NCBI GenBank assembly: GCA_964519305.1
Contig: CAZFHY010000001.1
Coordinates: 64,001 to 128,000, forward strand
Direction of reading: 5' to 3'
From: Candidatus Undinarchaeota archaeon
Lineage (GTDB): Archaea; SpSt-1190; JASMDC01
DNA: 64,000 nt
Position 1 is the stretch's first letter; every line of letters begins with the position of its first letter. The notes beneath the pieces are model-generated. The model made no database searches and had not been told where the DNA came from. It saw nothing but the letters and a program-made list of their open reading frames with translations. Of the stretch, positions 18,222 to 28,686 are shown piece by piece. A program made the translations under genes and the position numbers.

Positions 18222-18890
18222 TCACTCATCCTCTTCGGGAGTTGGCAGACATACCCTGCTCTCCGGAGCGATGGCGCACACTGCGCGCTTCGCGGGCTCC
18301 CATGTGAGTAGGACGCTCTGCCATCCATAGCGCTTGACTACGTACCACAGACCCAGGAATATGAAGGCCGCTACTGTGACGTTCCCGAGCAGACCCTGGA
18401 TATGGTCGATGCTCTCACCGAACAGGTAGCCGAGGCCGCCCATCTCCACGGCCCACACGAGCTCACCAGCCACCACGTAGGGAAGGAAGGAGCGGCCCGC
18501 GCATCCGTACACGCCCGAGAGAAGATTGACCGGGATGATAAGTGGTGTGAGGAGGAAACGGCTTGTGAACACAACATCGGTCCGGCAGGTAGCGAATGAA
18601 CCACGTCCCTGGTCGAGGAGACGAGCAAGATGGCCTGGCTGGGTCTCGCTCAGCTTTGCCACATGCTTCCCCATGAGGTAGCCCAGACAGTCACCAAGGA
18701 CCGCACCCAGTGCCGCCGTGAAGATTACCAGCCAAATGGTCGTCTGTCCCTTCGCTGCGAGCACTCCTGCGACCATGACGAGCATCGATGTAGGAAGGGG
18801 TACCCCTGCCGAGCCGAGGAAGGTGCATATACCAAGGACCAGATGCGGATGAGCGCTCAATAATGAGATGAGCGACTCGTGTAATACCAT
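18222..18890 (-). CDS. DedA/VTT family membrane protein
   Basis: GVPLPTSMLVMVAG, GAVLGDCLGYLMG, VFTSRFL, LGYLFG. Confidence 0.88.
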   Translation of the reverse strand: MVLHESLISLLSAHPHLVLGICTFLGSAGVPLPTSMLVMVAGVLAAKGQTTIWLVIFTAALGAVLGDCLGYLMGKHVAKLSETQPGHLARLLDQGRGSFATCRTDVVFTSRFLLTPLIIPVNLLSGVYGCAGRSFLPYVVAGELVWAVEMGGLGYLFGESIDHIQGLLGNVTVAAFIFLGLWYVVKRYGWQSVLLTWEPAKRAVCAIAPESRVCLPTPEEDE

Positions 18891-18926
18891 CAGTTCATGC
18901 TCCGGGGCGCCCGATGATGTACGATC

Positions 18927-19211
18927 TTAGGCTATGTACCTGAGCTCCTCGTCGTCATTTACCTTCTTGCTCTTGCCCTTCTTGGGCGCCTTCTTCAGGA
19001 GGCCGTCCAGTGCCTTGGAGAGTTTCTCTGCGTCCTCGCGTTCCAGCAGTGCCCGGATAACGCACACACGCTTTCCCGGGGCATCCTGGAATAAACAGAG
19101 GTGGATGCCGCCCTTGCCGTCCTGAGAAAGGCACCAACTATCCGCCCGCACCTCGGGTGCGGCGAGCTGGACCTTCTTGTCGCCAAGAGGGCATCCACCC
19201 ATTTCATTCAC
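18927..19211 (-). CDS. Hypothetical protein, last gene of the por operon
   Basis: 94-aa ORF 13 nt after the porB stop, same strand. Confidence 0.55.
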   Translation of the reverse strand: MNEMGGCPLGDKKVQLAAPEVRADSWCLSQDGKGGIHLCLFQDAPGKRVCVIRALLEREDAEKLSKALDGLLKKAPKKGKSKKVNDDEELRYIA

Positions 19212-19224
19212 CGTCCGTCCGGGC

Positions 19225-20121
19225 TTAGAGCCCGGCCTCTGCCAGCTTCACGAGCCGGTCGTACTTGTTCTTCACGTTCTTGTCGATGAAGGCTATGTCC
19301 TTCTCATCGAGGTGCTTGAACCGGCCCTGCAGCTTCAGGTACTCGCGGATGTCCGCAGTGAGCTTCTTCGGCTGCTGGACGACGTGCTTCCCGTCCTCGA
19401 TCTCGAAGAGAGGGAACACACCGCTCTGCACCGCCAACTTGGCGATCTCGATCGTCTTGGCACCATCGCTCCGCCAGCCCGTGGGGCAGGGGGCGAGGAT
19501 GTGCACGAACGTAGCACCCTTGATCTCGAGCGCCTTCTGGACCTTCTTGAAGAGGTCCTTAGGGTGGCTGACGGACGCGGTGGCCACGTACGGCGACCCA
19601 TGGGCCGCGATTATGTGGGTCAGGTCCTTCTTCCACTCGGTCTTTCCCTTGGACTCCTTGCCCGCGGGGTGTGTCGAGGTGGAAGCACCGAAAGGCGTCG
19701 CACTTGAGCGCTGGATGCCGGTGTTCATATATGCCTCGTTGTCGTAGCACACGTACAGGACATCGTGGTTGCGCTCGAACATACCGGAGATCGGACCGAT
19801 CCCGATGTCGAACGTCGAACCGTCGCCAGCGAAGGCAACGATATTGATATCCTTCTTACGACCCTGGGCCTTGAGCGCAGCTTCGACGCCCGACGCGATG
19901 GCCGCGCTGTTCTCGAAGGCGCCGTGGATCCACGGGAGCCTCCAGGCGGTCTGAGGGTACGGGGTCGAGACGACCTCCATACAACCGGTCGACTCGACGA
20001 GCACGGTGTTGGGCCCAGCGGCCTTGGTAATGAGCCTCATGGCAGTAGCGGCACCGCAACCGGCGCACGCCCGGTGACCAGGGGCGAAGTATTCTTCTTC
20101 AGGCATTCCGAATATCATCAA
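19225..20121 (-). CDS. porB: Pyruvate:ferredoxin oxidoreductase beta subunit
   Basis: GHRACAGCG, TGCMEV, GDGSTFDIG, YDNEAYMNTGIQRS, PCPTGW. Confidence 0.95.
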   Translation of the reverse strand: MMIFGMPEEEYFAPGHRACAGCGAATAMRLITKAAGPNTVLVESTGCMEVVSTPYPQTAWRLPWIHGAFENSAAIASGVEAALKAQGRKKDINIVAFAGDGSTFDIGIGPISGMFERNHDVLYVCYDNEAYMNTGIQRSSATPFGASTSTHPAGKESKGKTEWKKDLTHIIAAHGSPYVATASVSHPKDLFKKVQKALEIKGATFVHILAPCPTGWRSDGAKTIEIAKLAVQSGVFPLFEIEDGKHVVQQPKKLTADIREYLKLQGRFKHLDEKDIAFIDKNVKNKYDRLVKLAEAGL

Positions 20122-20130
20122 TCACACCTC

Positions 20131-21282
20131 CTAGTACATCCACTCGATCTTCTTGCCCTTACCGCCCTTGAGCATCTCGTAGATGTTCTCGACATGCTCG
20201 TATTGGATATCGCGGCCGCCAAGGCCGACGATGAAGTTCCGAAGTTCGGGCTTGTGGTCTGAATCGTAATGGGCCGAGCGCACCTCGGTGAAGAGAACGC
20301 CCTCGAAACCGACAGAGATGGCCTTGTCCAGCACGGCCAGGCCCTTCAGGTCCTTCGTTGCCTCGAGCAGCTGCTCCTTGGGGAAAGGCCTGTAGACGAT
20401 CATCTTGATCAGACCGATCTTCTCGCCCTTCTTACGGAGCTTGTCCACGATGACCTTGAGGGTCCCGCATTCGGAGCCGATACCCAGGAAGGCGTACTCG
20501 GCGTCGTCCATCTGGTAGAGCTCAAGGAAGTCGTATGTCCTGCCGAACTTGTCGGCGAACTCCTTGAAGGCCTCCGTCAAGACACCGAACGAGTTCAACA
20601 TGGCCTCGTTCTGCACGTTCCTCAGTTCCATGTAGTGGGAGGGGAACGCGATCGGTCCCTGGGTCACGGGCTTTGCCGGGTCCACGTAGGCGTGGAGCGG
20701 CTTGAAGGGCGGGATGAAAGCATCCACCGTCTTCTGGTCGGGGACGTCCACGGGCTCGAACACGTGCGACAGGGTGAACCCGTCCAGGCACACGAGCGCG
20801 GGAGTGAGGACCTTGTGGTCCTCGGCCACCTTGTAAGCGAGCAGGGTCAGGTCCAGGCACTCCTGGGCGGTCTCGCAGTGGAACTGGAGCCAGCCGATGT
20901 CACGAGCGCTCATGGAATCCTGATGATCGTTCCAGATGCTGATGGGTGCCGACAGTGCCCGGTTGGCCACGTTCATCACGCAGGGGAGCCGCATGCCCGA
21001 TGCCACGAATAGCATCTCGTTCATGAGGGCGAGCCCCTGGGATGCGGTGGACGAGTAGGTGCGCGAGCCAGCAGCGGCCGCGCCGACCAGCGCCGAGATG
21101 GCGCCGAACTCGGATTCCACCCGGATGTACTCTGTCTTCAGATCCCCATCGGCCACCATCTCGGAGATTCGTTCCACGATGTGGGTCTGGGGAGTGATGG
21201 GGTAAGCAGCAACCACATCAGGTTTGATGAGCTTCACGGCCTCGGACGCAGCGTGAGAGGCCTCCATGACTGCCTTTACCAT
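20131..21282 (-). CDS. porA: Pyruvate:ferredoxin oxidoreductase alpha subunit
   Basis: AYPITPQT, VESEFGA, TASQGL, DGFTLSH, GLGGRD. Confidence 0.95.
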   Translation of the reverse strand: MVKAVMEASHAASEAVKLIKPDVVAAYPITPQTHIVERISEMVADGDLKTEYIRVESEFGAISALVGAAAAGSRTYSSTASQGLALMNEMLFVASGMRLPCVMNVANRALSAPISIWNDHQDSMSARDIGWLQFHCETAQECLDLTLLAYKVAEDHKVLTPALVCLDGFTLSHVFEPVDVPDQKTVDAFIPPFKPLHAYVDPAKPVTQGPIAFPSHYMELRNVQNEAMLNSFGVLTEAFKEFADKFGRTYDFLELYQMDDAEYAFLGIGSECGTLKVIVDKLRKKGEKIGLIKMIVYRPFPKEQLLEATKDLKGLAVLDKAISVGFEGVLFTEVRSAHYDSDHKPELRNFIVGLGGRDIQYEHVENIYEMLKGGKGKKIEWMY

Positions 21283-21546
21283 CTACTTCTCCTCCATTAC
21301 CATCTTGATGCACTTCTTGGGGCACTCGTTGGCGCAGATGCCGCACCCCTTGCAGTAGTCGTAGTCGATGATGGACTTCTTTTCCTTGTACGAGATGCTG
21401 CCCTCGGGACAGTACACCCAGCAGGTGCCGCACCCGATGCAGTCATCCTTGTTCACGATGGGCTTGATGGCACGCCATGCGCCGGTCTTGTACTTGATGG
21501 TTGAGCCCGGGTCAGTGATCGTTGCAGCAAGCGTCAGGTCGACCAT
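21283..21546 (-). CDS. porD: Pyruvate:ferredoxin oxidoreductase delta subunit (2x[4Fe-4S])
   Basis: [30 protein letters not shown]. Start trimmed to ATG 21546. Confidence 0.93.
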   Translation of the reverse strand: MVDLTLAATITDPGSTIKYKTGAWRAIKPIVNKDDCIGCGTCWVYCPEGSISYKEKKSIIDYDYCKGCGICANECPKKCIKMVMEEK

Positions 21547-21547
21547 T

Positions 21548-22093
21548 TCACATCCTCTCCTTAGCTTCGTCGAACACGCGCTCGACGAGCGTCTTGTTCT
21601 TCTCGCCGATCTTACCGCCGAAGAACTCGGGGATGGCCTCGACGAGAGCGCCCTTGCTGACCTCGCCGGTGAATGCGGCGAAGGCACCGAGCATGGCGGT
21701 GTTGACTATGTCCCGACCAAGTACATCGAAAGCGGCCTTGGTCGCGTTCACCGTGCGCACCTTGAAGTCATCCAGTCCGAAGTCACTGGGTTCGCGCTCG
21801 GTGTTGATGATTATCATACCACCCTTCTTGAGCCCGGCGGTGACATCGATAACCTCGATGAGCGTGGGGTCGAGGACGACGACAACATCAGGGTCATAGA
21901 CCTGGGTCCGTGTGCGGATGAACTCATCCTTGTCGATTCGCACGAAAGCCTGGACAGGCGCGCCACGCCTTTCTACGCCGAACATCGGGAAGGACTGGGT
22001 GTAACCCCCGTCCGAGAACCCGGCGACAGCGAGGATCTGGGCGGCTGTGACCGCGCCCTGGCCTCCGCGACCGTGGAAGCGAATTTCCTGCAT
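21548..22093 (-). CDS. porC: Pyruvate:ferredoxin oxidoreductase gamma subunit
   Basis: [32 protein letters not shown]. Confidence 0.95.
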   Translation of the reverse strand: MQEIRFHGRGGQGAVTAAQILAVAGFSDGGYTQSFPMFGVERRGAPVQAFVRIDKDEFIRTRTQVYDPDVVVVLDPTLIEVIDVTAGLKKGGMIIINTEREPSDFGLDDFKVRTVNATKAAFDVLGRDIVNTAMLGAFAAFTGEVSKGALVEAIPEFFGGKIGEKNKTLVERVFDEAKERM

Positions 22094-22211
22094 ATTAGCA
22101 CCTGTTACGGCGTCAAGGGGATTGGATATATAAATCTGCCGGAGCCACCGGACAGAGCATTATAATAATAATGTGTCTATTAATGTTTACAGCGGTCCTG
22201 ATAAGGCTCGC

Positions 22212-23609
22212 TCAGAGCTCACGGCACGTCTGTATCACATCGGGGATCATGTCGAGCAGGTCGCTCGCGACCAGCCCTTCACCTCTCAGTTCATATGCCT
22301 CGTCGCCTGCAGAGCCGACAGTGAACGCGGCCGCGCAAGCCGCATCGAAGGGATTCCCGCAACGAGCGAGGTATGCCGCCGTCACTCCGGCCAGGACGTC
22401 CCCGGTCCCACCGACGGTCATGCCCGGGTTCCCCGTCCGATTGTGCTTCACCTGCTCGCCGTGCACGATGAGGTCCTCCGGCCCCTTGAGCAGCACGCAC
22501 GCTCCAGTATGCTCCGAGAAGGACGCCACTGACCGCTCATCGGCCCGTGTGTCTGCTAGCCGTTTGAACTCACCACGATGGGGCGTGAGCACGACTTCGC
22601 GCTGTCCGAGCACGCCCTCCCGACCGGCCACATGGTCCAGTGCCGAAGCGTCAAGAACAAGCGGCTGGTCGGTCGATGTTAGGACCGCGTCCATCGCGTC
22701 AGCGGCCTCCTCACCGGTCAGGCCCGGCCCGGCCAGGATGACATCGACCCGCGATGCCAGGCGTTTCAGTCGTCCCCCGTCAAGACCTTTTGCAGTGATC
22801 AGGTCGGGTGTCAGAGCATTGATCGCCCAGGCGACACGCTCTGGCGCGGCCACGTACACGAGGTCGGCTCCCGCGCGCAGGGCAGCGAGACCGGCCAAGG
22901 CAGGAGCTCCGGTATAGTCCTCGGAACCGCCCACGACGAGCACTGACCCTCCGTCACCCTTGTGCGCGTCCCTTGCGCGTACCGGGAGCGCGTACACGTC
23001 CCCGGGTCCGCAGGTGACAAGTGTCTCGGGTGAGAATATCGGGTGTACATGGACATCCCCGGACATACCCTTCTTCTTCTTGTGGAAAGTGATGGTCCGG
23101 TTTGCACGTACGTAGACATCGCCGTGCTTCCCCGTGTCCGGGTCCACGCCCGATGGGACGTCGACGGCCACGACATCGGCGCCCGATGCATTGACCGCCT
23201 CAAGTAGCTCCCTGGCAGGTGACCTCACCTCGCCACGGATGCCCGTGCCGAACACGGCGTCCACGATGACGTCGAACCCGGATAGGTCGGGTACGGGAGG
23301 CACCAGGGCAGGGGGAGCCGTCAAGAGCCCGTGGTTCAGGCGCGACTCGGATGTCGTCGGTTCGCCCAGGGTGAATACGGAGCTTCCCGGGAAAAAGCGG
23401 GCGATTACGTACCCGTCGCCACCGTTGTTCCCTCGTCCGCATACCACCGCTAGTTTGCTTGGATCGAGGTCCGGGTAGCATGCATGTATATGGTCAGCGG
23501 CACCGGTACCGGCCTTTTCCATGAGCACCTTACCGCCCTCTCCGAGCCATGCTGATGTGAGCTCAAGGCTCCGCATCTTACGAGCGGTGATAGTGTCCCC
23601 CGGGTCCAT
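22212..23609 (-). CDS. nnr: Bifunctional NAD(P)H-hydrate epimerase/dehydratase (NnrE-NnrD)
   Basis: LMEKAG, CGRGNNGGDG, DAVFGTG, VDVPSG, HKGDGG, LTPHRGEF, GGTGDVLAG. Confidence 0.93.
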   Translation of the reverse strand: MDPGDTITARKMRSLELTSAWLGEGGKVLMEKAGTGAADHIHACYPDLDPSKLAVVCGRGNNGGDGYVIARFFPGSSVFTLGEPTTSESRLNHGLLTAPPALVPPVPDLSGFDVIVDAVFGTGIRGEVRSPARELLEAVNASGADVVAVDVPSGVDPDTGKHGDVYVRANRTITFHKKKKGMSGDVHVHPIFSPETLVTCGPGDVYALPVRARDAHKGDGGSVLVVGGSEDYTGAPALAGLAALRAGADLVYVAAPERVAWAINALTPDLITAKGLDGGRLKRLASRVDVILAGPGLTGEEAADAMDAVLTSTDQPLVLDASALDHVAGREGVLGQREVVLTPHRGEFKRLADTRADERSVASFSEHTGACVLLKGPEDLIVHGEQVKHNRTGNPGMTVGGTGDVLAGVTAAYLARCGNPFDAACAAAFTVGSAGDEAYELRGEGLVASDLLDMIPDVIQTCREL

Positions 23610-23662
23610 GGTGTGTCATGACCCGACCAAGGCTTAAAAAACTTGGAGGATGTGCCGCGATC

Positions 23663-24289
23663 ATGCTATCTCTTGACGACGGGAAGCTCCTCGTACGAAC
23701 GGCTCGAGCGGTCCTCGAATCCCAGCTTGGGGGCGATGTGGATGTGCCCTCCCTCCCGAAGCACTTCAAGGGGAAACGGGGTGTCTTCGTCACTCTTCAC
23801 ACACATCCCGATGACGAGCTGCGGGGTTGCATCGGATTCCCGCTACCTATCCTGCCCCTCGACGAGGCGGTTGCTGAGGCCGCAATCTCGGCCGGGACCC
23901 GGGACCCGCGTTTCCCGCCTGTCAGGCTCGCTGATATGGACCGGATCATCGTCGAGGTGTCGGCGCTGACACCGCCCGAGACCATCGAGACCAAAGATCC
24001 CAAGGACCGGGAGAAGGAGGTGGTCATCGGCCGTGACGGGCTCATCATCAAGTATGGTATGTTCTCGGGTCTGCTCCTGCCCCAAGTACCCGTGGAACTG
24101 GGCTGGGACGTCAATACCTTCCTCGAGCACACGTGCCTCAAAGCAGGGTTGACCGCCGATATGTGGCTCGAGCCCCGCGCCCAACTCCAGCGGTTCCAGG
24201 CCCAGGTCTTCAGCGAGACGTCCCCCAGGGGCAAGGTCGTCGTCAAGGAAGGTGTCACGTGCGGAGGGGATGGTGAGGACGATGAGTGA
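23663..24289 (+). CDS. AMMECR1/AmmeMemoRadiSam protein A family
   Basis: GVFVTL, LRGCIG, DPRFPPV, EVSALT, GLLLPQV, CLKAGL. Start ATG 23663. Confidence 0.93.
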   Translation: MLSLDDGKLLVRTARAVLESQLGGDVDVPSLPKHFKGKRGVFVTLHTHPDDELRGCIGFPLPILPLDEAVAEAAISAGTRDPRFPPVRLADMDRIIVEVSALTPPETIETKDPKDREKEVVIGRDGLIIKYGMFSGLLLPQVPVELGWDVNTFLEHTCLKAGLTADMWLEPRAQLQRFQAQVFSETSPRGKVVVKEGVTCGGDGEDDE

Positions 24290-24965
24290 CGCTCCAAAGT
24301 TCCGGTTCGGCTGCCTCAAGGACTGTTCCCGGGCCGAGCACTGCTGCCGTCGGGAGATAGTCATCACCCTCCAGGACCTCGAACGATGGGGTCGCGACAA
24401 CACCCTTATGCTGCTATTCCCGCACCTGCAATACGAGCTGGTCGGCGGTACCATGCCGCGCATCACTATCAAGCGAGGGGAGGACGGAGTATGTCCCCTT
24501 CTCCATCGCGAGGGCAATGCATGCACCGTCGCCCACGCACGACCTCTGAACTGCGAGGCATATCCCCTCGGCTGGTCCGGAACGGCCTACTACATCATGG
24601 ACCGCGAGTGTCCAGGTCTGGGGGCCGAGGAGATGACGGTCTCTCAATTGGAAGAGATGCGGGGCAGGGCTCAGGCAGAGCACGATGCCCGGACGTTCTC
24701 GGGCTCTGTGCTCCCCATCGTCCAAGCGGTACTTATGGGATTCTTCGAAGAACAGTCACGAATAGCTATGGACGCCATGACATCCGACGAGAAGGAAAAG
24801 ATGCGAAAGATGTTCACCGATGTGGCCGAGCGCGGGGCCGTGACAGCGAAGGAGAAGGCCGAAGAGGCAAAAGAGGCCGCGGAGGATGCCAAGAAATCAG
24901 CCGAAAAGGCCGCCGAGGAAGCTGCCAAGGCCATCGACGAGAGCAAGAAGTCAGATGAGAGCTGA
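24282..24965 (+). CDS. YkgJ family Cys-cluster protein with Ala/Glu/Lys coiled tail
   Basis: FGCLKDC...HCCRR, CPLL...CTVAHARPLNCEAYP, CPGLG. Confidence 0.8.
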   Translation: MSDAPKFRFGCLKDCSRAEHCCRREIVITLQDLERWGRDNTLMLLFPHLQYELVGGTMPRITIKRGEDGVCPLLHREGNACTVAHARPLNCEAYPLGWSGTAYYIMDRECPGLGAEEMTVSQLEEMRGRAQAEHDARTFSGSVLPIVQAVLMGFFEEQSRIAMDAMTSDEKEKMRKMFTDVAERGAVTAKEKAEEAKEAAEDAKKSAEKAAEEAAKAIDESKKSDES

Positions 24966-24983
24966 GCCGGGGCCAAGACTTCG

Positions 24984-26372
24984 ATGAGCAACCGTATCCG
25001 TCTTGACGGAGCGTCCGCGCGGAATCTGCTCTCAGGATGGGAACGCATATTCCTTGCGTCCGATCCCGATGACAAAGCGTTAATAACGGCCTTCCATCGC
25101 GTCGAGGCCTACCTCATGCGTGTACCGGACGAGCTCGAGGTAAATGCATCGGGCCACATCAGCCCTGCGCTCCAGCGTGCAATCGCCCTCACATCCAGGG
25201 GGCGCCGAGCACTGGGTCGAACCGAACCTCCATCACCTGATGAGGCGAACGCCATCCAGTTCATCAACACACTGCTAACGGCCGAACGGAGCGGCCTCCC
25301 CTCGATCGAGGAGCGCTACTCGGTGTTCGTCTCTCGCGAACAGCTGGACGCGCCCGAGGGATGGTTCGAGAGCCCTTGGAGCTGGAGGACGCGTCGGTTG
25401 CTCCACATCATCACCAGTAAAGAGGAAGGCCAAGCCCTTGTCGAGGATCTGGAGAACGGCGTGGTTATCGGGTACGATCTTGAGACCAGGGAGGAGACGA
25501 GACAGGTCAATGTCCATCCCCTCTACCGCCGCATCGTACCGGCTGAGCGCAAGAGGACCTTCATCGAAGGAGTGACGTTCACGGTGGAGGCGTCCGACGA
25601 TGTCAGAACCCGGGTGGAGGCGGTGTTCGAGGAACTTATCGAGCCTCTGCTCGAGTGCGAGCGCTTCCTCGCCATGTACAGGCTCCGCACCGTGTCGTCG
25701 GCGCTGATGAGCAGCGTGGTCATCGCTGCCCCCTTCGTTGTCCTCGGGTACTTCGCTGATTTCTACATCCTTCCTGTGGTCGTGGGCATCGGCGTGACCG
25801 GCATCATGTGGAAGGTGCTGGAGATCACCATCCGCTATATGGAGGGCAACCTCGACACCCTGATGCAGTACCGTCAGATGCGCATCGAGTGCGAGAAAGG
25901 TGGCGTGGGCGAAGAGGAGGTCGCCGCCGCGCGGATGGGTGTGTTCGCAAGCGTGTCCGGACCCGTGCTGGCCATCGCCTCGCCCGCAGTAGGAGTTGTG
26001 GAGTCGTCGGTGGGGTACTCCGTGACCGCAGCTGCCAACGCGACATCGGACAACTTCTCCTCGGCCGTCCAGAAGGCCAGGTCCGACTGGTACAATGAGA
26101 AAGCCTTCGGGAGCACCCAGACCCGGACGAGGAACATTGTGCTCGATATGTACGTGACGGGGAACATCCTCGGCTCATTCACCATCCTCTTCTCGGACGT
26201 GGGGGCACGGCGGGTGCTGGCCCCGGGGCTCTTCGAGTTCCTGCGCATAGTCTCGTGGGAAGGGTTCGTTCTGGGGATGATGGATTCCGAGGTGGCCACA
26301 ATCCTCACCAAGGTAATGATCGTGTACCAGAAAAAGAAATGGATGCGACGGTTCGACCAGCACCTCGTATGA
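24984..26372 (+). CDS. Hypothetical membrane protein
   Basis: 462-aa ORF with a central TM pair. Confidence 0.65.
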   Translation: MSNRIRLDGASARNLLSGWERIFLASDPDDKALITAFHRVEAYLMRVPDELEVNASGHISPALQRAIALTSRGRRALGRTEPPSPDEANAIQFINTLLTAERSGLPSIEERYSVFVSREQLDAPEGWFESPWSWRTRRLLHIITSKEEGQALVEDLENGVVIGYDLETREETRQVNVHPLYRRIVPAERKRTFIEGVTFTVEASDDVRTRVEAVFEELIEPLLECERFLAMYRLRTVSSALMSSVVIAAPFVVLGYFADFYILPVVVGIGVTGIMWKVLEITIRYMEGNLDTLMQYRQMRIECEKGGVGEEEVAAARMGVFASVSGPVLAIASPAVGVVESSVGYSVTAAANATSDNFSSAVQKARSDWYNEKAFGSTQTRTRNIVLDMYVTGNILGSFTILFSDVGARRVLAPGLFEFLRIVSWEGFVLGMMDSEVATILTKVMIVYQKKKWMRRFDQHLV

Positions 26373-26427
26373 CGCACCTTACTGCGAGCCAGCAGATATA
26401 AAAGTCCTAACCGCGGTGGATGGCTCG

Positions 26428-27129
26428 ATGACAGTCCAGCCCCATCTCAAGGTCGAGAAGGTCCCTCCCAACGTGGTCATCACCGGCGATCCTAAACGAG
26501 TACCGCTTTTCGAGGAGAAGCTCCGGGAACCGAGGAAGCTGGCCTCCAACCGGGAGTTCGAGATTATCGCAGGGACGTACTGGGGTGCGGAGATTTGCGT
26601 ATGCTCCACCGGTATCGGTGCACCCTCGGCAGCCCTTGCCGTAGAAGAACTGGCCAATGCCGGTGCGAAGCGCATCCTTCGTCTCGGGACATGCGGTGCC
26701 ATGAGACGGGGGATCGAAATGGGCGACCTCATCATCCCCACGGGGGCTATCAGGGACGAGGGTACCAGCGACCGGTATATTGACCAGGGTTTCCCGGCCG
26801 TCCCGAGCCACGAGCTCATCCGGGCATTGTGGAACAACAAGCCCGCACACCTCCCCTGTCACGGCGGGATAGTGTGGACGACGGACAAGTTCTATCTCTC
26901 GGAGGAAGAGCTGGCGAAGTGGTACGACACCACGGTCGCCGTGGAGATGGAGTGCTCTGCGCTCTTCGTCGTGGCCCGTATGCGAGGTCTAGAGAGCGGT
27001 GCGCTCCTCGTCGTCGACGGCAATCTACCCGAGGGCCGGCTCAAAGAGCGATTGGACAGGCCCGAGGAGTTCGACGTGGCCCTTCACAAGGCCGTGGTCA
27101 TGTCGCTCGAGGCACTGGCTAGGGGCTAA
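26428..27129 (+). CDS. Second nucleoside phosphorylase (PNP_UDP_1 family)
   Basis: TGDPKRV, NREF, STGIGAPS, RLGTCG, RDEGTS, VEMECS; TATA (TATAAAAG) at about 26397. Confidence 0.9.
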   Translation: MTVQPHLKVEKVPPNVVITGDPKRVPLFEEKLREPRKLASNREFEIIAGTYWGAEICVCSTGIGAPSAALAVEELANAGAKRILRLGTCGAMRRGIEMGDLIIPTGAIRDEGTSDRYIDQGFPAVPSHELIRALWNNKPAHLPCHGGIVWTTDKFYLSEEELAKWYDTTVAVEMECSALFVVARMRGLESGALLVVDGNLPEGRLKERLDRPEEFDVALHKAVVMSLEALARG

Positions 27130-27154
27130 CGCTCCCTAAGTGCGTGGGTGCGGA

Positions 27155-27877
27155 TCAGATCTCGCTGCCCAGCCAGCTGAATATGTTCAAGGCCAGCTGC
27201 TGGTGGTTGGGGTCCGCAAAGGACTCGTTGGCGAGCACGGACCCATCGCCGAGGGCAATGATCCGACCACTGCCGTACTGGGCCGCGACCATCACAGGGA
27301 CGTAGCCGTACTGCTCCCCGACGTCGTACTCCGAGTCACCGTCCACGTCCTTCCAGCTCCGCGGCCCGCCCCAGGCCACGATCTGGTTCTTGTATGTGGG
27401 ATTGATCGAGCATCCGGAGGTCATGACGAAGTACTGGACCTGATTCACGATGGGGTAGTTCCGGTTGAGCCCGGTTATACGGATGTTGTGGGCGCGCTTC
27501 CTTCCTGCCTTGGTTGGCTGGATGTTGTCAGCATCACACACACGGTCCTCGTTGAAGGTGATCCCGAACTTGCGAGCGAGGATGTTGAGGTTCTTGGCGT
27601 TGTCGAAGATACCACCCCACTCGGCCAACATGAGCAGGCCTCCACCGGACTGGACGAACCGGACCAGGAAGTCGACCTCGTCGGTGAATATCTTGTTCTT
27701 GGGGAACGCCACGACCGCTATGTCCACCTCAAGGTTCTCCAGCGGTTCCGTGAGCTGGCGCAACTTGTGGCCCTTGCGCTCGAGGAGGTCAGCGAGCTTG
27801 GAAAAGCCGTTGTTGTCCTCGTCATCGATGGAGAAGTTCTTGGGGTCCTTATGAGCTTCGTCGAACCCGATGATCAT
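27155..27877 (-). CDS. GldG/IFT52 (GIFT)-like, DUF4350-type domain protein
   Basis: IGFDEAH, FSKLADLL, FVQSGGGLLML, LARKFGITF, GSGRIIALGD, NIFSWL. Start ATG 27877; TATA at about 27901. Confidence 0.75.
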   Translation of the reverse strand: MIIGFDEAHKDPKNFSIDDEDNNGFSKLADLLERKGHKLRQLTEPLENLEVDIAVVAFPKNKIFTDEVDFLVRFVQSGGGLLMLAEWGGIFDNAKNLNILARKFGITFNEDRVCDADNIQPTKAGRKRAHNIRITGLNRNYPIVNQVQYFVMTSGCSINPTYKNQIVAWGGPRSWKDVDGDSEYDVGEQYGYVPVMVAAQYGSGRIIALGDGSVLANESFADPNHQQLALNIFSWLGSEI

Positions 27878-27920
27878 GAACGGAAGAACGCGCCGAAATA
27901 TTATAAATCTAGCCCCAAGC

Positions 27921-28427
27921 TCACGCCAAAGAGAGCTGACCTTGTGTCCATAAGGCCAGTAGGACGAGCCCCGCCAGCGAGCAGATGACGCCTCCGGCAC
28001 GCAGCACTTCCCGGGAGCGCGCGAAACCAAAGTGGCGCACGAGCGTCATGGGCGCCATGGGCATCCACAATATCACCTGGCCTCCCAGAAGGAGACCGGC
28101 AGCTCCGGAGGGGACACCGAATAGCATAGCGATGAGCACAAGTGAGACCACCAACCCGAACCGGAAAATCAGTCCCAGACGGTAGCGAAGGGTATACCCG
28201 CGAGCATAGGTGACGGCCACGAGCTCATGCTCACCCAGCATGTTCCGCAGTCGGCCGAGAAGCTCGCCCCTGTCCTCAGCTTCGATCAGATACACACCTG
28301 CGAGACGGCCAAGCTCGAAAGGATCCAGGTCCTCGAGCTTGGTGGGAGCCTTCCGGGCCTTATAGGGATGGGTCGCTTCGTCACCCTCGACAATATGCTC
28401 CTCATGGTCGTCCTCGTCCGACGTCAT
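27921..28427 (-). CDS. Hypothetical membrane protein
   Basis: Acidic N-terminus and about 3 hydrophobic segments. Confidence 0.6.
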   Translation of the reverse strand: MTSDEDDHEEHIVEGDEATHPYKARKAPTKLEDLDPFELGRLAGVYLIEAEDRGELLGRLRNMLGEHELVAVTYARGYTLRYRLGLIFRFGLVVSLVLIAMLFGVPSGAAGLLLGGQVILWMPMAPMTLVRHFGFARSREVLRAGGVICSLAGLVLLALWTQGQLSLA

Positions 28428-28430
28428 AAC

Positions 28431-28664
28431 TCACTCCGTTTTTTCTATCGGGCGGACTATCTCGACATGCGCAATAACGATGTCCCGCTGGACGGTGAAG
28501 CCCTTGAGCGCGATCCCATCGGTGCGGTGCATGAAGGGCATGAGATCGCGAAAGAGCTGGCGGGTCACGTTCTCCATGGACGTGAGCGGGGTGCGCAGCT
28601 CCACTGTCACCTCACGCACGACCTCTACGAGGTCGTCCGCTCGCCCGGGCCTATAGAGGAACAT
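28431..28664 (-). CDS. Small hypothetical protein (start uncertain)
   Basis: Fills the gap between same-strand genes; ends 3 nt before the next ATG. Confidence 0.4.
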   Translation of the reverse strand: MFLYRPGRADDLVEVVREVTVELRTPLTSMENVTRQLFRDLMPFMHRTDGIALKGFTVQRDIVIAHVEIVRPIEKTE

Positions 28665-28686
28665 GTCGCCCAGATGTACCGGTCCA

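Noticed and set aside
21547-21687. N-terminal extension of porD given in the ORF track
   Set aside because: It overlaps porC in another frame; ATG 21546 gives the normal delta subunit.
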